DNA from: Nitrososphaerota archaeon | GTDB taxonomy: Archaea; Thermoproteota; Nitrososphaeria; Nitrososphaerales; Nitrosopumilaceae | Length of the DNA: 20,213 nucleotides | Direction: 5' to 3' | Assembly: GCA_022573895.1 (NCBI GenBank) | Contig: JACZTB010000031.1 | Location: forward strand, 1 to 20,213 | Shown here: piece by piece, positions 15,831 through 20,213 of the stretch | How positions within the stretch are numbered: position 1 is the first letter of the stretch | Layout: the number at the start of each line of letters is the position of its first letter | The notes under the pieces: generated by a model | Told to the model about the DNA's origin: nothing | Database searches by the model: none | The model's input: only the letters and a program-made list of their open reading frames with translations | Program-made: the position numbers and the translations under genes

Positions 15831-16577
15831 CTAAACTGAAGTTTCTTGGTATTCTATTTTTCTTGGTAAATTCGCTGCCGCTAGACCAATATACATTCTT
15901 GAGCTAATGTCTTCATCAGAAAGGAGTGGCATAGAAAGTATTTGTTTATTTAATTCGTCGTGAACATCTTGTACTATATCTAGTGGTAAGTTACCCCGCT
16001 CTGTTAATTCTTCAAGACTATGTGGAAAAGTAGGATAAATCCAGGAAGCAACCATTTGAGGTATCAACATTCTCATGGCAGTATATTCCAATAGAATTGT
16101 TTGTTGTGGTATCCAGTGAAAATTTTTTGATTTTGCAAAATCGTTCATTGTTAAGAATAGCTTGTTTACTTCTAAATCACGATTTTTGTAGATAAGCCCA
16201 GCATATTCCTTTACCATATTTTCGAATATCCTGACAGTTTTGAGATATTCATCTTCATCCTTTGCATCGAATGATTGTTCGTACAAAGTTGACAGATAAG
16301 ACATCAAAGTTTCTGAACTAGAATTATACAATTTATCAGTAAGATAATAGAAAGTTTCTAGAGGTAATTTTTCAATTAATGTTTCCAAAACTTTTACCTT
16401 AGTAGAATGTTTTACATCTTCTTTACGAGCTCTCCAGCCATAAACAGATGCTTTAGCAATGCCACATTCTGCTGCTGTTGGCTCAAGTTTATTCCCAAAT
16501 TCTTTTTGTAATTTATCAAATAGGTGGGCCGTCCCCTCAGAATCCAGGTAATTTGCATATTTTTCTATATACTTCAT
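15831..16577 (-). CDS. Helix-turn-helix DNA-binding protein with ~180-aa unknown C-terminal domain (248 aa)
   Basis: HTH-like segment LEPTAAECGIAKASVYGWRARK (aa ~31-52). The rest is helical and unrecognised. The start codon lies 7 nt from a 24-bp perfect palindrome. Confidence 0.7.
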   Translation of the reverse strand: MKYIEKYANYLDSEGTAHLFDKLQKEFGNKLEPTAAECGIAKASVYGWRARKEDVKHSTKVKVLETLIEKLPLETFYYLTDKLYNSSSETLMSYLSTLYEQSFDAKDEDEYLKTVRIFENMVKEYAGLIYKNRDLEVNKLFLTMNDFAKSKNFHWIPQQTILLEYTAMRMLIPQMVASWIYPTFPHSLEELTERGNLPLDIVQDVHDELNKQILSMPLLSDEDISSRMYIGLAAANLPRKIEYQETSV

Positions 16578-16583
16578 TATACT

Positions 16584-16607
16584 AACCGTATAGTATACTA
16601 TACGGTT
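16584..16607. promoter_or_regulatory. Perfect 24-bp palindrome AACCGTATAGTA|TACTATACGGTT in the divergent promoter region; candidate operator overlapping TATA-like sequence
   Basis: Checked by hand: the reverse complement of aaccgtatagta is tactatacggtt. It covers -7 to -30 relative to the HTH gene ATG (16577) and itself contains TATAGTATA/TATACTATA. Confidence 0.6.
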
Positions 16608-16663
16608 TGGTCTTTAATATATAATTTTTAGGATATATTTGAGTAAGCACATTTCTTACCCTA

Positions 16664-17458
16664 TTGAGTCAGACATGCTCTCATCGTGATGGCATACTAG
16701 TCGATACTAAACCTAGTGGATTGATTAGTTTGAGAAATGCAATTTTAGATTTAATTAGAAAATATCTTTGTCCTAACGCCGATCAGGTTAATCCTCCCAC
16801 TTTTGTAAATTTGCAAATTACTCAACCATTCAAAACACAGTATACTAGTCCTGCTGAAGAATTAATTCTTGAAATTGACGCAATGAGTTTGTTCAGACAC
16901 ACTGGAATAACAGATTTTGAAACACGTGGATGTTATAAACCAAGCGACGGAAAAATATATTTAGTAAGGAACAAGTGGTGTTTAGAAACATTAATTCATG
17001 AAACTCTACATGCATGTTCAATAAACTCCCAAGATCCTGAATTAAAAAGATATGAACAATTATTTGATGGTTTAACTGAATTTTTTACTGGGTACATTTT
17101 ATTTCAGGAATTCAAACAATGTTATACGGATTGTTTTTCATCATTTGACCAACAATGTAGTATGACATATCATAATTATACAAAATTATGGATTGCACTT
17201 TGTAATTTTGTTTCACTAAAAAATGTTATAGGAATTTACTTTCCCACCGATAAACTCTGGGATGATGAAGTTAAAGAGTTTGTTAATAGAATAAAAAATC
17301 TAGGATTTGATAAATTCAGTAATCCATTTGGTAGAGCTGGTTTAGATAGTATAACACGATTTAGAATTATTTGTGATAAGACATTTGGCAATTCATATGA
17401 CGATATTTGTGAGCATTACAAACTTTATTCTGACTTTAGTAAAGTTAATGACACATGA
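16664..17458 (+). CDS. Putative zincin-fold metallopeptidase-like protein with HExxH motif (264 aa, Cys-rich); start codon uncertain (TTG)
   Basis: GKIYLVRNKWCLETLIHETLHAC, with HETLH at aa 112-116 (nt 16997-17011). This resembles the 'I.L....L..tLlHExxH' context of SprT/WLM/ImmA-like minimal metalloproteases. Possible third ligand Glu in YEQLFDGLTEFF. 11 Cys. There is no in-frame ATG near the 5' end; the ORF track starts at TTG 16664. Confidence 0.6.
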   Translation: MSQTCSHRDGILVDTKPSGLISLRNAILDLIRKYLCPNADQVNPPTFVNLQITQPFKTQYTSPAEELILEIDAMSLFRHTGITDFETRGCYKPSDGKIYLVRNKWCLETLIHETLHACSINSQDPELKRYEQLFDGLTEFFTGYILFQEFKQCYTDCFSSFDQQCSMTYHNYTKLWIALCNFVSLKNVIGIYFPTDKLWDDEVKEFVNRIKNLGFDKFSNPFGRAGLDSITRFRIICDKTFGNSYDDICEHYKLYSDFSKVNDT

Positions 17459-17568
17459 TTATTTAGAAAATACCTATTACACAAAATTTAGATTTCATTT
17501 TTTCAATAATTGAAGATATTTTTTATATGCAGGAAAATCAGTTGTACTTATTTTAAACAATTTTTTTA

Positions 17569-17589
17569 TAATCTTAGATAGGACTATGA
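17569..17589. repeat. 21-bp repeat TAATCTTAGATAGGACTATGA (degenerate member of the hairpin family), 76 nt downstream of the 417-aa gene
   Basis: 20/21 identical to 19022-19042. The loop ttagatag is identical. Confidence 0.8.
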
Positions 17590-17665
17590 GACCAAACGAG
17601 TTTATTGATAAAGAGTAAAAAGTCAATCCCCCCTTTCACGAATAAAAAATCCATTATGACTAGCG

Positions 17666-18919
17666 TTATGATGTAGTGGAAAGTACATCTGTTAGATATG
17701 ATACAATAGTAAATATTGTTGAAATTACAGTTGCTATAATTTGCCAATTCTCTTTAATCCTTGTGGTTAATGAAATATGAATTAAAAATTTTGAAGTATC
17801 AGATACTTGTATCTTATTTTGAATAGAAGCTAAAAGTTCCAATTTATTGTCTTTTTCAAGATATTTTACAAAATTATGTGCAAGATCGGTAAGATGCTTT
17901 GAATCATAATTCACACAGGTTGATTTAATCTCATCCAATCTATTAATATTCAAATTAGTATTTTTCTTAACGACATTTTCATAATAATTTAATCCCATAA
18001 GCAGGTATTTTCTTTTAGTCATTTGATCAAGGTCTTTGAATCTTCTAACGATGATAAAACATCCTTTGGCACTAAGATAATAAAAATCAGAAAATTTGGT
18101 TAATGTGTACTTAAATGGAAAAATCATGTATGCCATTACTACTGGAATTAACCAAACAAATATCAGAAATTCAATGAATGTATTATTTGAAATTTCATCA
18201 ATAAACGGAAACGGTTTTAATTGTTCTAATTCCTTTAGAAGTGTTTTTTTTAACTCATCATAATTCATTTCATTATATTTGTTATGTAGTAAATTTCTTC
18301 GATCTAAATCATTATCTATCCTCCATAAGATTTCATTTCCAGGTTGATGGAATTCTGCAAATGTTGCATTTTCATTCCTTTCAAGTAATTCATTTCCAAA
18401 TAGAGTAACAATCCTTCGATCTACTTGTAAGGTGCTCATTTCTAAAATTTGTTCATGAAAATAATTACGTAATTCATCTTCTGTCAAGCCATATGTTTTT
18501 TTAATTTTGTTTTCATATTCACTTTGTTGAGAATTATATTGTTCCATTAATTGTTGCTTATCAGATATTGTTAAGAATATCCCAATGCCTACTAAGATAC
18601 TAATTATAATTAATGTTACCATAGAATATTTTTGGAGTTTTTCTAAGTACTCGAACCTAATTATTGCTCTTTCAAATGTTAAAGCTTTAAAAAATTTTGA
18701 TTTTTCTCTTTTACGGAAAAATTTTTTTTCATAAATTAGCAAAAATATTACTATGTATGAAAGAGGAACTGACCAGACATAAACTGGTAAATTGTTACCT
18801 GTTTCATTTGAATATATTATTACTAATACAGCATAAAGTATCGTTGGTAATATCAATCCCAGAAAACTAGCAAGTCTTAATTCTTTTGAAAGGATTTCAC
18901 TGAATTCATCTTGACTCAT
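17666..18919 (-). CDS. Multi-pass membrane protein of unknown function (417 aa)
   Basis: Predicted TM helices by eye: ASFLGLILPTILYAVLVIIY, LPVYVWSVPLSYIVIFLLIY, YSMVTLIIISILVGIGIFLTI, FIEFLIFVWLIPVVMAYMIFPF and C-terminal WQIIATVISTIFTIVSYLTDVL. Charged helical soluble segments lie between them. Very AT-rich. Confidence 0.7.
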   Translation of the reverse strand: MSQDEFSEILSKELRLASFLGLILPTILYAVLVIIYSNETGNNLPVYVWSVPLSYIVIFLLIYEKKFFRKREKSKFFKALTFERAIIRFEYLEKLQKYSMVTLIIISILVGIGIFLTISDKQQLMEQYNSQQSEYENKIKKTYGLTEDELRNYFHEQILEMSTLQVDRRIVTLFGNELLERNENATFAEFHQPGNEILWRIDNDLDRRNLLHNKYNEMNYDELKKTLLKELEQLKPFPFIDEISNNTFIEFLIFVWLIPVVMAYMIFPFKYTLTKFSDFYYLSAKGCFIIVRRFKDLDQMTKRKYLLMGLNYYENVVKKNTNLNINRLDEIKSTCVNYDSKHLTDLAHNFVKYLEKDNKLELLASIQNKIQVSDTSKFLIHISLTTRIKENWQIIATVISTIFTIVSYLTDVLSTTS

Positions 18920-19019
18920 ATTTTTTTAATTAATTATATCCTCATAAAGATTGAGATTATTCATTGTAACTTATAATAAATGAGAAATAATTCAAAGAAA
19001 TAGGCAAAGAATCAATCAT

Positions 19020-19042
19020 CGTAATCTTAGATAGGATTATGA
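19020..19042. repeat. Hairpin-family copy CGTAATC-ttagatag-GATTATG, 10 nt downstream of the 169-aa gene stop and ~100 nt upstream of the 417-aa gene start
   Basis: Read directly. The 10-mer CGTAATCTTA is shared with 11160-11169, and the arms with 14652-14673. Confidence 0.8.
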
Positions 19043-19052
19043 ATTCAGAATA

Positions 19053-19562
19053 TCACTTAAAATGAAAATCCCACATATGAGGATCTGAGTTTTTTAGAAA
19101 TTTTTTGTGTCTTTGAACTTGTTTTAGTTTGATATGTTTTACACATTCGTCACAAGCTCCAAAATCAGGATTTACTGATTTTTTTAAATCCAACCAAATA
19201 GGTTTGAATTTGCTACGAAACTTTTCTGCACGGTTGGGATTTTCTGAATTTGTATCGTAGTATTCTTTAACTAAATCGTAAAGTTCTCGTGTTTTTTCAT
19301 ACGTGTACAAATGTTGTAAAACCCTTTTTCCTGTTAATTTGTCATGATTAAATACTATCCAAATAGCATTAGAATATAAGCTCGAAGTTCTCATCATGCT
19401 GTTAAAAAAATCCAGTAATGGTTCTATCTCTTTTCGATAATCATCTCTAAAAAAATATTTTTTATCATGTTGCTTGTTCCGAACATTCCATAATAGACTT
19501 AATGATCCTATAACTACACCAGCTAACGCAATGTAAAATATAGGATCTTCATAGAATTCCAT
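19053..19562 (-). CDS. N-terminally membrane-anchored hypothetical protein (169 aa)
   Basis: Single TM PIFYIALAGVVIGSLSLLWNV followed by a basic/helical soluble domain. CDEC..H near the C-terminus. Confidence 0.65.
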   Translation of the reverse strand: MEFYEDPIFYIALAGVVIGSLSLLWNVRNKQHDKKYFFRDDYRKEIEPLLDFFNSMMRTSSLYSNAIWIVFNHDKLTGKRVLQHLYTYEKTRELYDLVKEYYDTNSENPNRAEKFRSKFKPIWLDLKKSVNPDFGACDECVKHIKLKQVQRHKKFLKNSDPHMWDFHFK

Positions 19563-19613
19563 CTAAATCAAAAACTGAGGTTTTGTTAATAATGTTGACG
19601 ATTAATTTTAATG

Positions 19614-19633
19614 TGTAATCCATAGTAATTACG
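19614..19633. repeat. Degenerate hairpin-family copy TGTAATC-catagta-ATTACG, ~25 nt downstream of the 19656 gene stop
   Basis: GTAAT (19615-19619) pairs with ATTAC (19628-19632). It is followed by AATATT, as in GATTACGAAAGATATT at 14667-14682. Confidence 0.55.
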
Positions 19634-19655
19634 AATATTTGGCAAAAATAGAATT

Positions 19656-20213
19656 TTATTCCATTGAATATCCAGTCAGATCCTGATGTTCACTTTGAAG
19701 ATTTTGAAATTCGGTTTGTGCTATTTGTTCCATTTCTGATAAATCAAATAATTGGTACCAATCATCTTCTTGTGTTTTTGAAGCTAAATACAATTCCTTG
19801 TCATTTTTAATTAAATTTTGGAAATTTTCAATCAATTTTAAAGAAAAGAGGTATCGATACTTTTGGAATGTTTCAAGTAATTTATCCCGATCTTGAGGAA
19901 TTATTAGGAGGTGAGACTTATTTTCTGAATTCTTGCCAAAGTTGTTTCCTCTTGATTTTGAAGACTGAAGAAAATTTAACAAAGTGCCATAAGCTTCTAA
20001 TCTTTTTTCAATTGTTTGTAATTTAGCATTATTTTTCCATTTTTGAGGTTCTAATTTTTTTTCTTTGTAGAGTAAGAATGCGATGACAATAGAACCCGAT
20101 ACAACAGCTGCCACTATCGCACTATCTATAGGAAAACCTTCCTGGGTTTGTTCTGGTTCATCTTGTTGTGCAGCAAAAGCAATGAATAGGAATAGCATTG
20201 GGGTAATTATCAT
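19656..20213 (-). CDS. Membrane-anchored hypothetical protein (>=185 aa); may be truncated at the window edge
   Basis: The ATG is the last three bases of the window, so the true start may lie outside. Signal-like MIITPMLFLFIAFAAQQ, short acidic segment, TM IVAAVVSGSIVIAFLLY, then a helical soluble domain with loose resemblance to the 169-aa neighbour (IEKRLEAYGTLLNFLQSS versus IEPLLDFFNSMMRTS). Confidence 0.6.
   Translation of the reverse strand: MIITPMLFLFIAFAAQQDEPEQTQEGFPIDSAIVAAVVSGSIVIAFLLYKEKKLEPQKWKNNAKLQTIEKRLEAYGTLLNFLQSSKSRGNNFGKNSENKSHLLIIPQDRDKLLETFQKYRYLFSLKLIENFQNLIKNDKELYLASKTQEDDWYQLFDLSEMEQIAQTEFQNLQSEHQDLTGYSME

Noticed and set aside
17585-17617. Mini-ORFs starting at the ATG inside the 21-bp repeats (ATGAGACCAAACGAG... 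10 codons at 17586; 8 codons at 19039)
   Set aside because: They are too short and not conserved beyond the repeat itself. The ATG is more simply part of the repeat sequence.

Overview
AT-rich archaeal window. Gene content (Tat-Rieske, fused cytochrome b and membrane-anchored plastocyanin-like cupredoxin, each preceded by a TTTATAA box ~27-30 nt before the ATG; a huge acidic modular surface protein; a cytoplasmic triple-PAS histidine kinase) fits an ammonia-oxidising thaumarchaeon (Nitrosopumilus-like), but this is inference only. About 1-14.6 kb looks like core chromosome: a 5'-truncated acidic surface protein (candidate S-layer), a signal-peptide/C-terminal-anchor protein, an internally deleted IS200/IS605-type tnpB remnant, a 1260-aa membrane-anchored S8 protease with TPPII-like catalytic spacing, the complex-III-like cluster, a small beta-sandwich-like protein, the PAS kinase and a small secreted protein. 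About 14.6-20.2 kb is lower in GC (rough hand counts) and holds only unrecognisable genes. These are a divergent module of an HTH protein plus a 226-aa unknown versus an HExxH protein, sharing a perfect 24-bp palindrome in their common promoter region, followed by three consecutive membrane-anchored ORFans. That module is my best candidate for an undescribed regulated system, but its function cannot be assigned from sequence. Non-genic signals: (i) a ~350-bp block packed with GTAGCT/AGCTAC dyads inside nested inverted repeats; (ii) a dispersed hairpin family (C/T)GTAATC-N8-GATTACG-like in intergenic regions, mostly just 3' of genes; (iii) an 18-nt G homopolymer upstream of the kinase; (iv) a 96-bp near-identical patch shared by two PAS domains; (v) a ~43-bp direct repeat pair at the island's left edge. 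No rRNA, tRNA or CRISPR array was found.
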